DNA of 64,000 nt from Octopus sinensis (GCF_006345805.1 NC_043018.1:20646001-20710000); one strand, 5' to 3'; counted from the first letter of the stretch, positions 26,431 through 39,258 are shown. A program made the numbers and translations. The notes: generated by a model not told the origin, from the letters alone.

Positions 26431-26873
26431 GGCGCGGGCATGGCTGTGTGGTTAGGGAGCTTGCTTCCTAGCTACATGGTTTCGGGTTCAGTCCCACTGC
26501 GTGACACTTTGGGTAGGTGTCTTCTGCTATAGCCCCGAGCCGACTGGAGCTTTGTGATTGAATTCGGTAGGTGGAAGTTACTGCCGTGTGTGTATGTGTG
26601 CATATAGCTGCTCAGTGCCTCTCCGAAAGAGAGAGAGGGATATATGCATGTGTGTGTTTGTGTGTGTGTCTGTGTTTGTCCCCCTAGCATTGCTTGACAA
26701 CCGATGCTGGTGTGTTTATGTCCCCGTTACTTAGCGGTTTGGCAAAAGAGACCGATAGAATGAGTACTGGGCTTACAAAAAAGAATAAGTCCCGGGGTCG
26801 AGTTGCTCGATTAAAGGTGGTGCTCCAGCATGGCCGCAGTCAAATGACTGAAACAAGTAAAAGAGTAAAGAGA
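26431..26873 (+). mobile_element. SINE family A, after the TA tract that ends the HHR array
   Basis: Family similarity. Confidence 0.75.
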
Positions 26874-27416
26874 GTATTCTTTATGCTGTGTCCAATGAAG
26901 AGGGTTTGGATATATTTATTGTTCATGTAGTGAGCTTTGAAATTCTTACATTCAAAATGGAAAAGGCATTGCCCCAGAGGATGGTGACGGAGATGTGACT
27001 GAACAGCCACTCAGACTCATTCTGCTTGCACTTGCGGATAGCCATCTCCAGTCTGATAGCAGTAAGCAAGGGACATGATCCAGGGACCAAGAGCACAAGG
27101 ACGGAGGGGTTTCACTGCTGCAGGTTCAGCCATTAACCTGCCACAGAGCAGAAAGCTATCTCTTCATTAACCTTTTGACCAGCACGTATGACTCGGCCAG
27201 GAAGGATTTTGTTAGACTCTATCCCTGGTATATAGTGAAACGCAGGTGAGCAGGCAGCTGTATGGTTTTTGTGTCTGGGATCACAAATTGACGGCCTGTT
27301 GTGCTTACCTTGGATTGTAGGGCGAGCGACCTGCTGTGCTTGAGGAGACCTACTGGGTCAAGGTTGGCCAGCCTTGGTTTATCCCAAAGATAAAACTAGC
27401 TTGTCAACATTGTTTA

Positions 27417-27625
27417 CACACACATACACACACACACACACAGGTACGCATGCGAGCACACACACTCGCAGACACACACACACACACACTCACAGACACA
27501 CACACGCACACACACACACACAGGTACGCATGCGAGCACACACACACACGCAGACACACACACACACACACAGACACACACACGCACACACACACAGTTA
27601 CGCATGCGAGCACACACACTCGCAG

Positions 27626-27681
<56 letters not shown>

Positions 27682-27707
27682 ACGCATGCGAGCACACACA
27701 CTCGCAG

Positions 27708-27738
<31 letters not shown>

Positions 27739-27831
27739 CACACACACACACACAGGTACGCATGCGAGCACACACACGCACGCAGACACACACACACACA
27801 CAGGTATGCATGCGAGCACACACACTCGCAG

Positions 27832-27864
<33 letters not shown>

Positions 27865-27897
27865 CACAGGTACGCATGCGAGCACACACACTCGCAG

Positions 27898-27933
<36 letters not shown>

Positions 27934-28095
27934 ACACACACACACACACAGACACACACACGCCACACACACACACACACACAGGTACGCATGCGAGCAC
28001 ACACACACACGCACGCAGACACACACACACACACACACAGACACACACGCACACACACACACACACAGGTACGCATGCGAGCACACACACTCGCA

Positions 28096-28136
<41 letters not shown>

Positions 28137-28206
28137 ACACACGCACACGCAGACACGCACACACACACACGCAGACACGCACACACACACACACCACACA
28201 CACACG

Positions 28207-28268
<62 letters not shown>
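27417..28268. repeat. (CA)n-based minisatellite with 9 recurring ggtacgcatgcgag motifs
   Basis: Direct reading. Confidence 0.95.
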
Positions 28269-28270
<2 letters not shown>

Positions 28271-28829
28271 CAAAAAAACACAAGTTAATGACTACAACAT
28301 TGTTAGGTTTCGTGTAAGCGCATTTCTTTAAATATTAATTAGTCATTAAGTGCTTCTGATAAGAAGGCAGTGGGAATCTTAAAATGTAGATTTAGGCCTA
28401 TGAATACAATATCCAATAGACAGTTGTGTACATCCGTGTCCCCCTACATGCATTAGCCTAGATTGACAAGCCTAGGTAGGCAAAGTAGTGAAACTACATT
28501 TTGAAGATTTCAGATCTGCGTCATAAGCAACCAGAATAGTCTGTGAATTGCGATTTTTTTATTCACATGGTTTTGAATTAAGCAGACATACAAGAACGGA
28601 TGTGGCTGTGTGGTAAGAAGCTTGCTTCGGAGCCGCATAGTTCCGGGTTCACTCTCACTGCGTGGCACCTTGGCCAAGTGTCTTCTCCTATAGCCTCGGG
28701 ACAACCAAAGCCCTTGTGAGTGGATTTGGTAGACGGAAACTGAAAGAAGCCTGTCGTGTATATATGTAAGTATCTATGTGTGCATTTGTCCCCACCACCA
28801 CCATCAAAATTGACCAACATCAATGGGAA

Positions 28830-29162
28830 TTGTAGCTGTGATACCAGTGCTGGTGGCACGTAAAAGAACCATCTGAACGTGGCTGTTGCCAGCACCGCCC
28901 CGACTGGCCTCCATGCCGGTGGCACGTAAAAAGCACCATTCGATTTTCACTGTTTGCCAGCCTCGTCTGGCACCTGTGTCGGTGGCATGTAACAAGCACC
29001 CACTACACTCAGAGTGGTTGGCGTTAGGAAGGGCATCCAGCTGTAGAAACACTGCCAGATCAGACTGGGCCTGGTGCAGCCTTCTGGCTTCCCAGACCCC
29101 AGTTGAACTGTCCAACCCATGCCAGCATGGAAAGCGGACTTTAAACGATGACGATGATGACC
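28830..29162 (+). mobile_element. Family C retroposon
   Basis: Family similarity, gatgac tail. Confidence 0.7.
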
Positions 29163-29580
29163 ATTTAACATCTGTTCTCCATGCTGGTAGGGATTGGATG
29201 GTTTGATACAAACTGGCAAACCGAAGGAACTGCACCAAGCTTTATTGTCTGTTTTGGTAAGGGCTCTACGGCATGATGCCCTTCCTAGTGCAAACCACTT
29301 TACAGAAAGTAGAAGGTACTTTTTCCATTCATGACACCAGCACCATTGGGGTCACCAAGTGATTTGCAAGACAAAACAAAGTTCCTTCAACTGTGGGGAA
29401 GTAGGAATGAGGGAGGTGGCTTTGTGTCAGCTGATGAGAGATTAAAAGAATACTAGAGAGATAGAGGTAGGTGCCTTTAGGTCGAAGGGATACAAGGAAA
29501 CCCCACTTGGAGAAGAAGGGAGAGAAAGAGATGGGGAGGGTGGGAGAGATTTGGGGTGGCTATGTGACAGGACATACCTA

Positions 29581-29803
29581 TTTCTTTACTATCCACAAGG
29601 GGCTAAACATAGAGGGGACGAACAAGGACAGACGAACGGATTAAGTCGATTACATCGACCCCAGTGCGTAACTGGTACTTAATTTATCGACCCCGAAAGG
29701 ATGAAAGGCAAAGTCGACCTCGGCGGAATTTGAACTCAGAACGTAACGACAGATGAAATACCGCTCAACATTTCGCCCGGCGTGCTAACGTTTCTGCCAG
29801 CTC
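29581..29803 (-). mobile_element. SINE family B
   Basis: Family similarity. Confidence 0.8.
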
Positions 29804-30328
29804 TAAGTTAGGATGAAGGGGTGAATACAGGTAAAGTGATACAAAGGATTGGATTGGGGCGGAAGACAGGGGGTGGGATTTCATATGAATATGAGGGGAG
29901 ATGGTTAGAAGGGATGGTTATTGAAGGTGAGAGATATAGGAGGGCTTGGGGGGAGGGTTAGTGTTAGGTATATGAGGGCATTCAGGGTGATGGGGGAGGA
30001 AAGAGGTGTTAAGGATGGAGTATGGCAGAGGGGAAGATAATGGGGAATGGGAGTGGTTCTAAGGATGGAGTCTGGCAGAGGGAAGAGAGTATGGCTGGAG
30101 AAAGATAATGGGGAATGGGAGTGGTTCTAAGGATGGAGTCTAGCATGGCTGGAGAAATAGCAAATTCACACACAGGGATTAATATCCCAAGATGCTACAC
30201 ATGAGGAACAAACCCAGGAACTTGTGGGAGCAAAGCAAGCTTCTCAACCATCGAACCATGCCTCTGTGTTGTAATGCATACAAAAGAGTAGACATGAAAA
30301 GAGAAAAAGGAAAAAAATGACTACCTAC

Positions 30329-30419
30329 AAAATGCAAAGAGTCCCAGAGCAGAGTATAAAGCCAGCTGTGATGAAGCGAGGGAAAGAATCAGGAGAGATG
30401 GAATGAGTACAGCAATCCC
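30329..30419 (-). CDS. MFSD10: MFSD10-like exon 10 (GIAVLIPSLLILSLASSQLALYSALGLFAF)
   Basis: tttcag| and T|gtaggt; 91 nt, phase 0->1; two hydrophobic segments. Confidence 0.88.
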
Positions 30420-30481
30420 CTGAAATAAAGAGAAAACAACCAAACAATATATTATTGCAAAAAAAAAAAAAAAAAAAAAAA

Positions 30482-30840
30482 TTGGCTGTGTGGTAACTAG
30501 CTTGCTTATAAAACCACATGGTTCCGGGTTCAGTCCCACTGCGTGGCACATTTGGCAAGTGTCTTCTACTATAGCCTGGGGCCAACCAAAGCCTTGTGAG
30601 TGGATTTGGTAGACGGAAACTGAAAAGAAGCCTGTCGTATATATGTATATATATATATATAGATATGCATGTGTGTGTTTGTCCCCCTAGCACTGCTTGA
30701 CAACTGATGCTGGTGTGTTTATGTCCCTGTTACTTAGCGGTTCGGCAAAAGAGACCGATAGAATAAGTACTGGGCTTACAAAAAGAATAAGTCCCGGGGT
30801 CGAGGTGCTCAATTAAAGGCTAAAACAAGCAAAAGGTAAA
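30482..30840 (+). mobile_element. SINE family A
   Basis: Family similarity. Confidence 0.75.
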
Positions 30841-31433
30841 GGCATTAAGAAATATTTCTTCGTTAAGCTTTTTTAATAAGTGGCACTTCATGAAGCCAGT
30901 CAGGCTGGCAGAATTGTTAGCAGACCAGACGCTAGGCTTAGCAATATTTCATCAAATTAAATACCAGTGAAATACTGGGGTCAATAAGTAGGTCCTTCAA
31001 CATTTGATGGGGTCGTGACGGTCTGCCTTGGATATCATTTTAGATCTGGCAAGAGAGAGGGGTGGGGGAGACTGCAAGGAAGGAAGAAAGAAGACCCCCC
31101 TCCCCAGTTCAGGACTAGTTTTTTTTTTATTTATCGACCCCCTGAAAAGACGAAAACCAAAGTTTGACCTCGGCGAGTTGCGAGTCAGTTTGTTTGACAA
31201 AAAAAAAAAAAAAAAAAAAAAACTTGGTTGTAGTCCAATGACTGAAAGAAGTAAAAAAAAATATATAATACTATAATTTTGGGGAACAAATTATTTTGTT
31301 TTCGTAACTGTTTGAAAGATCCATTAGCACCCATGGCCCTTTTTCAGGACCAGAAGGATAATCCATCATATTTCTACAACACTTAGGCGCAGGAGTGGCT
31401 GTGTTGTAGACGGAAACTGAAAGAAGCCTGTCG

Positions 31434-31474
<41 letters not shown>

Positions 31475-32208
31475 CTATGTTTGTCCCCCTAGCATTGCAT
31501 GACAACCGATGCTGGTGTGTTTATGTCTCCGTCACTTAGCGGTTCGGCAAAAGAGAGACCGATAGAATAAGTACTGGGCTTACTAAAAAGAATAAGTCCT
31601 GGGGTCGATTTGCTCGACTAAAGGCGGTGCTCCAGCATGGCCGCAGTCAAATGACTGAAACAAGTAAAAGAGAGAGAGTACTTGTATTTTTTCTGAGATA
31701 CCTTTAGTTAGTCATCAAGACTAGAGCGTCTTTCAAAGATATTGTAACAAAATCTTTTTTTATATATTCATAATCAGACAAAACTGTATAAAAAAAAGAT
31801 TTTTGGTAATAAATTAAATTTAAAAAAACCGAGGGTGTCACGGGTTGCTTTCGGCGGGATAATTTACGATGTAAAGTTACCTCCCCTGACACACTAGCCT
31901 GTAACACATCTAATGGAAGTTACTTCCCTTAGTATGGTAAGATAACAAACCAAAGCCGTCGGTAGGGGAGGTCACGAAGGGAAAGAAGGAAGGTGAAATA
32001 CAATTAAGACCAACTACACCGTAACCATGGTGACTGAGATACACCAGGGCGTTGACATTATATCCCTTGGAGCTATGTTAACCCTGAAGCAGAGTTGATG
32101 CCGTAAACCAATGGTTAAAGAGCTTTTAACTGTGACTATCAAAATTTTTATTCGGGTATAGTGTATCTCGGAGTACAACATCAAATGTGTCCTTGAAAAA
32201 AAAAAAAG

Positions 32209-32524
32209 GGCGATGTTACGGTATTAGTACCGGTGTACTTCCAGAAATACCGGATACATTTCAAAAAAATGTTTTTTTTTATATATGGCGGGTTAGGGTT
32301 AGGGTTTGTGTTAGGGTCGGATTAGGGGTGGGAGAAAAGGGTTTCTGTTATCTTCAGAAATGTAAACAAAGTCACGTGTGTATCTATACCGAAGCATCAC
32401 CACATACCCTAACCCTAGCAGAAACCCTAACCTTAACCCCCCATATATATAAAAAAAAACCCACTTTTTTTAAATGTATTTGGTACTTCCCGAAGTACAT
32501 CGGTACTTGTACCGTAACATCGCC
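32209..32524. mobile_element. Unclassified MITE with long TIRs and internal TTAGGG/CCCTAA tracts
   Basis: ggcgatgttacggta...taccgtaacatcgcc; aaaag on both flanks. Confidence 0.75.
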
Positions 32525-32609
32525 AAAAGAAGTAAAAAGTGTAATTTGAGGGTCGTTTGGCTGTTGTTTCTGAAACATTGAGTGACTGAATAAAGATGAA
32601 TTGCAAATA

Positions 32610-33715
32610 CGAGGGTGAGGCAAAAAGTGATGCCGTTTTCTTTATTTCATGTGAAGTTTTTGATAAAAATAAATGAAATTTTTTCCCAGTTATAAATGAT
32701 TATATTATTTACGGTCTGGAATATTTTGTTTCTTATTTTTCAGGTTTTTAGACTGGAAAGGGAAATACAAAATTGCCGCCACCTTAGAGTTACGTCAAAA
32801 GCAAAGAGCAGTGATTGAATTTCTTGTTGCTGAGGGGGAGACAATTGTGGACATTCACTGACGATTACAAAACGTCTTTGAGGACAATACTTTAGATCAG
32901 TGGTTTTCAACCAGGGTTCCGCCAGTACATTGCAGGGGTTCCGCAAGAAGTTACAAAACTGCTAAAATCGGCAGTAATTTTTAAGTCTCCTGTGCTGATA
33001 TGTGTGCATAAGACTATTAAATTATTGCACAGGGGTTCCTCGAGCCAGTGGAATGTTTCCTTGGGGTTCCGCTCCAGCAAAAAGTTTGAAAAGCACTGAT
33101 CTAGATAATAGCAATGTATGCAGGTGGGTCCGTCGTCTGAAAGATGAAAAGGTGGGAACTGTGAGTGTAGCCAATTAAATCCCGTTCTGGCCGTCCGTCC
33201 GTCCGTCCCGTCCGCTTCTGTGAATCCTGCCAATAAAGCAAAAGCAGATGCTCTGATCAGAGAAGACAGGTGCCTAACTCTTGAGATGAGTTGGCAGAAA
33301 ACCCTGAAGTGAGCCATGGAAGTGCTTACAGCATTGTCGAATCACTTGGCTTTTCAAAAGTGTGTGCCAGTTTGGTACTGAGAGAGCTGACTGCCGAACG
33401 CAAGACTGACAGGGTCAATGCCTGCACTGGACTTCTCGAACAAAGAGGGTTTGAGAGGCAAACATTATTCCAGTGACGAGGAAGTGAAAACTGTAGTGAA
33501 GAAGTGGCTCAAAGAACAGTCAACAGAATTTTACAGGGCAAGGATACATGCTCTCATTTGAAGGTGGAACATTGCTATAGAGAGAAACGGTGAGTATGTT
33601 GAGAAGTAGGGATGTGATCCACAGAATACCAGCTTCATTTTGATGTATGATACATGTTCCTGTGTTGGTAATTATACCAGTCCTAAACAAAATGGCAATC
33701 CTTTTTGAACTACTG
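32610..33715 (+). mobile_element. Decayed, internally deleted mariner element
   Basis: TA|CGAGGG terminus; broken frames give QRAVIEFLVAEG, SGRP, KVCASLVLREL (WVPxxL-like), SDEEVKTVVKKWL..RWNIAIERNGEYVEK. Confidence 0.8.
32898..33098. mobile_element. hAT (Charlie-like) MITE nested in the mariner
   Basis: TIRs cagtggttttcaa / ttgaaaagcactg; degenerate 8-bp TSD ctttagat/atctagat. Confidence 0.75.
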
Positions 33716-34629
33716 ACCATAATACATTTACTTGAAATTTTTGTTTTTTGTTTTGTTTTGTTTGTTGTTGTTTAACCCCAGGTCGCTTGTTTGTTGTTGA
33801 TCCACTTGAGAACTCATCAACCCGTCTCTTCCGCAAACGCTGAGCTCTTTGCTTGATACGATAAGACGAGGTTCGAGGGAGAATTATCTCCCTTGCTCTT
33901 AGATTTGCTCGATTATTTTTCTCTCTACAAATTTTAACTTGTTTCAGTCATTGGACAGCGGCCAAGCTGGGGCACCACCTCAAAGGGTTCAATTAAACAA
34001 ACTGACCCTATCACTTACTTTATAAGTTTGGTACTTTTTCTATTGGTCTCTTATGCCAAACCGCTACGTTGCAGGGACGTAAACACACCAGTACCGGCTG
34101 TTAAGAGGCGATGGAAGACAAACACAAAGACACACAGACACATGTATATGGCGAGCTTCTACACAGTTTCCGTCTACAAAATTCACTCACAAGTCATTGA
34201 TTAGCCCAAGATTACATTAGAAGACACTTGCTCAAGTGTCTTCGAGTGTACTGCCCCACAGAAGAATTGAACCCAAAGCCACTTGATTACAAAGCAAGAT
34301 TTTTAACCACAGTCATGACTGCACCTAGAAACATACATTTTTATTTTTCTCTTTTATGTTGGTGATTCGTCAGGGGGAAGAAGAACAGCTCATGACCTTT
34401 GCTGGTCATCCAAGGACAAGGTCTCATAACTATTTTAGGTGAGCACTTGCAGGATAGAGGAAATACATGAGCAAGGATTCCAGAGGGAACAATGCTGCGG
34501 GGAAGAAGGATTAAGCATAATGGATGGTTAGTGAAGCACAGGCAGCATTGGACGCAACAGGTGGGTGACATAGATTAGGAGGATCTGAATAGAGAAAATT
34601 GTATGACATTGGCTAATTCTGAGAAACAG

Positions 34630-35037
34630 AGGCGCAGGAGTGGCTGTGTGGTAAGTAGCTTGCTTACCAACCATATATGGTTCCGGGTTCAGTCCTACTG
34701 TGTGGCACATTGGGCATGTGTCTACTATAGCCTCGGGCTGACCAAAGCCTTGTGAGTGGATTTGGTAGATGGAAACTGAAAGAAGCCCGTCGTATATATG
34801 TGTGTATATATATATATATATATGCGTGTTTGTGTGTCTGTGTTTGTCCCCCTAGCATTGCTTGACAACCGATGCTGGTGTGTTTATGTCCCCGTTACTT
34901 AGCGGTTCGGCAAAAGAGACCGATAGAATAAGTACTGGGCTTACAAAAGAATAAGTCCCGGGGTCGAGTTGCTCGATTAAAGGCGGTGCTCCAGCATGAC
35001 CGCAGTCAAATGACTGAAACAAGTAAAAGAGTAAAGA
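34630..35037 (+). mobile_element. SINE family A
   Basis: Family similarity. Confidence 0.8.
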
Positions 35038-35163
35038 GGCCATGACAATAATGATAGAAATGAGAGAAGAGGCAGCATCCCTGTGAACTGAACAATGGCA
35101 TTCGTCCGTTTGTGATGTAATTGGATGGTTAACTGTGGGAAGAATATCTAAGTGGAAAACTAA

Positions 35164-35563
35164 TCTTTATATATAAAAGTGAAGTTGTGTGTCTGTCTCC
35201 TACGATTTAGATTCCTAACTACTCCCACATTTTGCGGTGCAGTTTAACCAAAACAGGGTATCTTATAGTCGTGATTCATATCGAGCCCTTCTGGGTATTA
35301 GCGCGCGTCTACGATGAGTCTACGATTTAAAAAAAAATTTACCATCATTTTTTTCCATTTGAATGCATTTTTTTCGCTATTATATAAGAGAAGTAACTCT
35401 CTAAAAATGTTTACGATGAATCAACGATTTAAAAAAAAAAATTTACCATAATTTTTTTTCCATTTTTAATGCATTTTTTGCTATTTTTTGGCTATAACTC
35501 TCTAAAAATGCTTATATAGTTATTTCCCTTACAAACCCGAGCAACGCCGGGCGATACTGCTAG
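35164..35563 (+). mobile_element. Non-autonomous Helitron-like element
   Basis: a|TC start, subterminal cccg..cggg hairpin, CTAG|t end, no TSD. Confidence 0.75.
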
Positions 35564-35626
35564 TTATCAATAAACTATTGCAATCATCTTAATAAGGAAA
35601 ATTGAAAGTAATACACAAACACTTAC

Positions 35627-35679
35627 AATACACGCCACCTTCTTTTCTTTTCCAAAAGGTACTCGTCTTGTGTAGCTAC
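35627..35679 (-). CDS. MFSD10: MFSD10-like exon 9 (GSYTRRVPFGKEKKVACI)
   Basis: ttccag| and ATT|gtaagt; 53 nt, phase 1->0; GxYxRR motif. Confidence 0.88.
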
Positions 35680-36369
35680 CTGGAATTAGAAGATATATTT
35701 CAGATGAAAGGACACACAGACAGACAAACATACTTATATATATATAAACATCAGCAAAGAGAATAAAGTAAAAAACTTGTTTTATTGCATAATTCTACAA
35801 TTGTTTCATCATGTTTCACCACAAGTCTATAGCCAGATTTTCAAATGTATCTGTGGAGCAATCCACTGTTGTTGGATGATAGTTTCTAATAGCTGCTACT
35901 TGTGGACAGGCTTTATAAAGTGAACTCTGGTTCACTCTTTACCATTTTGTTCACTCAAAGCCCTAATTCTCCACATATTTTGTGGGTGCCGCCAATACGT
36001 GAAGTTCTCAGTAATATCATTAAGGGCATGAAATTGAGTATTGCCATTCTGTTGATAACTGATGAAGAATTAGGGCCTTCTGTGTCTGTCCCATGTGAAC
36101 GTTTTTTAGCTTTCGTTTATTTGATGCATTTTTCATTTATTGCGTAACTGAACGCCACAATCCTGACTTCTGTTAACAGTAAGTTTTTCATATAAATTTA
36201 CTTACTTATATATATAACATGCTTCTTTCAGTTTCTATTTACCAAATTCTCTCACAAGGCAGGGGTCAGCCAAAAGGCTATAGTAGAAAACATGTATCCA
36301 AGGTACCATGCAGTGTGACTGAACTTGGAACAACATGGGTGAAGAAGTAAACTCCCTAACCACACAGGT

Positions 36370-36830
36370 ACATTTGACAGATATTTTGTCCTCATCTTGT
36401 TTTTTGTTAACACAATGTTTCGGCTGATATACCCTCCAGCCTTCATCAGGTGTCTTGGGGAAATTTCGAATCTGAGTTCTCATTCCTAAGGTATTTTTTT
36501 ATGTTATTATTATTATTATTATTATTATTGTTATTGTTCAGGTCACTGCTTGGAATCGAACTCGGAATCTTGGGGTTAGTACCCACAGGCATATGACGTG
36601 GTTAAGAGTGCGGGCTACTAAACCCAAGATTCCAAGTTCGATTCTAAGCAGTAACCTGAACAATAATAATAATAATAATAACATTGAAAAATACCTTAGG
36701 AATGAGAACCAAGGTTCGAAATTTCCCCATGACACCTGATGAAGGCTGGAGGGTATATCAGCTGAAACGTTGTGTTAACAACAAACAAGATGAGGACAAA
36801 TATCCGTCAAATGTAAATAATGTAAGATGA
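36370..36830. mobile_element. Second fold-back pair of the same SINE/HHR family
   Basis: HHR-like motifs at 36409-36454 (-) and 36731-36776 (+, gacac-CTGATGA-a-ggctg..cagct-GAAACGTT-gtgtt). Confidence 0.8.
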
Positions 36831-36909
36831 ATAAATATGAATAAATAAGCATCACATTTAACAGAGTAATTTGAATACTAAAGAATTAAAGAGAAACAAC
36901 AGAGATTTA

Positions 36910-37330
36910 CATCATCATCATCATCATTGTTTAGCATCCGCTTTCCATGCTAGCATGGGTTGGACGGTTCAACTGGGGTCCGTGAAGCCAGAAGGCTGCA
37001 CCAGGCCCAGTCTGATCTGGCAATGTTTCTACAGCTGGATGCCCTTCCTAACGCCAACCACTCCGTGAGTGTAGTGGGTGCTTTTTACGTGCCACCCGCA
37101 CAGGTGCCAGACAGAGCTGTCAAACGGCCACGGACGGACGGTGCTTTTTACGTGCCAGGCGAGGCTGGCAATGGCCACGAACGGATGGTGCTTTTTATGT
37201 GCCACCGGCACGAGGCCAGTCGGGGCGGCGCTGGCAACGGCCACGAACGGATGGTGGTGCCAGATGAGTCTGGCAAACGGTCACAAACGGATGGTGCTTT
37301 TTTACGTGCCACCAGCACGGGGGCCAGGCA
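36910..37330 (-). mobile_element. Family C retroposon with internal tandem subrepeats
   Basis: Repeated ggatggtgctttttacgtgcc. Confidence 0.7.
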
Positions 37331-37505
37331 TTAAAATAATTTGCATCCAGGTTCTCTAATTTAGGGGTTGTAAAACTTTCTCTCCTTTTAACTTTTCCAC
37401 TGAAGACGGATTCTGCTCAGTATGACAAGTTCAAAGCTATTTATGTTAAATTTTATTACACACTAGTAACAACATTTGTAGTTTAGTCCAGGAATAACAA
37501 CTCAC

Positions 37506-37561
37506 CTTGTATTAAAGCCATGATGGAACCAATGTAAATAAACATAATGCCCTTCTGTAAG
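37506..37561 (-). CDS. MFSD10: MFSD10-like exon 8 (SLQKGIMFIYIGSIMALIQG)
   Basis: tttacag| and G|gtgag; 56 nt, phase 2->1. Confidence 0.9.
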
Positions 37562-37988
37562 CTGTAAAATGAAAGTGAAGTTCGTTAGTTTAAAAATCAG
37601 GTGATGGAAGAGTCACAGCAATATGTTATATTCAAATCAGCCGCTTTTGCGAAACATTGACTTATGGGGACATAAACACACCAACACCAATTGTCAAGAG
37701 GTGGTGGAGGATAACCCCCCCCCCACACACACACACGAGTAGCTTCTTTCAGTTTCTGTCAATCATATTCACTCACCAGTCTTTGGTTAGTCCAAGGCTC
37801 TAGTGGATGTCACTTGCCCAAGGTACCATGCAGAGGAACTGAACCTGGAACCATGTGGTTAAGAAGCAAACTTCTTACCACACAGCCATGCCCATGCCTA
37901 CATTATATACATACATACATACATACACATAGATATACATACATAGATATACATACATACACATACATACATACACATACACACAGAT

Positions 37989-38019
<31 letters not shown>

Positions 38020-38738
38020 TAGATATACATACATATATACACACACATACATAGATATACATACATACACACACACATGCACACACATATGCATACATAT
38101 ACATAAACACATATATACACACATACATACAGAGAGAGAGTATCTTGACAGAAAGCTTCTTCAGCCCATGAAGCTGGTCTGTGCGGACAATACTAGACTG
38201 TCTTGGTGCCTCAACCCAAGTACCTAATTCAAGTGAATCTTAATTACATATATATATATATATAATAACAAAGGGTAAAATTAATTAATTAAGAAGTAAT
38301 CAATAATTTCACCAAGTAGAATTCAGCATGAAAAAGGATCATTTCATGGTAAACTTACGTAATACTTTATAATTAGAGTTCAGCAAAGATTTGCTTTACC
38401 ACATATCGAAGTTTAGAAATAGCAGCCAAAAACTTTGGTATGTGGTAAAGCAAATCTTTGCTGAACCCCAATTATAAAGTAGCACCTTCGAAACACAGAG
38501 TAGATGAAACCATGGCGACTGAAGAAGGGGAATTTTCCTTGTGTTATTTGTCCTGTACTCTATTTTTTCATTGTTTAAGAAAAATGTCCAGTTCCTTGGT
38601 TTTGTGTTTGTTTTCGTTTCTCATTGTGTTCAACGTTTTTTTGGTGTCCTGTACCCATATATGCATGTATATATACATGTAGAGGTAGGTACATACATAT
38701 ATGTATGTATATATGCATATGTTTTATTTATTAATTTA

Positions 38739-38773
<35 letters not shown>

Positions 38774-38973
38774 CTATATATATATATATATATATAATAT
38801 AAATATTAGGGAATAAATCCAAATTTACAGGGAAAAAAATCAGATTTAGGATTAAATCCAATTTATAGTAAAATATTATAAAATATTATTAGAGACAAAA
38901 CCACTATTTTGCAAAACAAACAAGGAAAGACTTAATCAATACATAAAATTTTAATAAATAGTCAAAAAAACCG

Positions 38974-39016
38974 CCACTACAATCGTTTCTTGTCTTGATC
39001 GACAATCTTCAGGTGG
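38974..39016 (-). ncRNA. Minimal type I hammerhead motif in a putative Penelope-like relic, sense to MFSD10 intron 7
   Basis: Minus strand CCAC-CUGAAGA-UUGUC gaucaa GACAA-GAAA-C gauu G-UA/GUGG. Confidence 0.7.
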
Positions 39017-39258
39017 ACTTCCAATAAGTCAGTTTCAAATATGTACATACAGACACACATTTCCAAACCTGCTGCTAATTACTCTCAGTGATAATGAATA
39101 TAGGCTCTACCTTTATGATAGCATTTTAATGACTGAAGTCATTATCTCAGGGCAATTAAAGTAATTAAACTACGATAAGTTGACAGTGGCAGCTTTAATG
39201 ACAACAATTATTTTTGTAACAACGAACAGAGAAACCACATTGTGTGTGTGTGTATGCA

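Noticed and set aside
27336-28331. Long HT/VC-rich ORFs (up to 331 aa)
   Set aside because: Artefacts of the CA minisatellite
32290-32438. True telomere or chromosome-fusion site
   Set aside because: Only a few degenerate hexamers, enclosed by MITE inverted repeats
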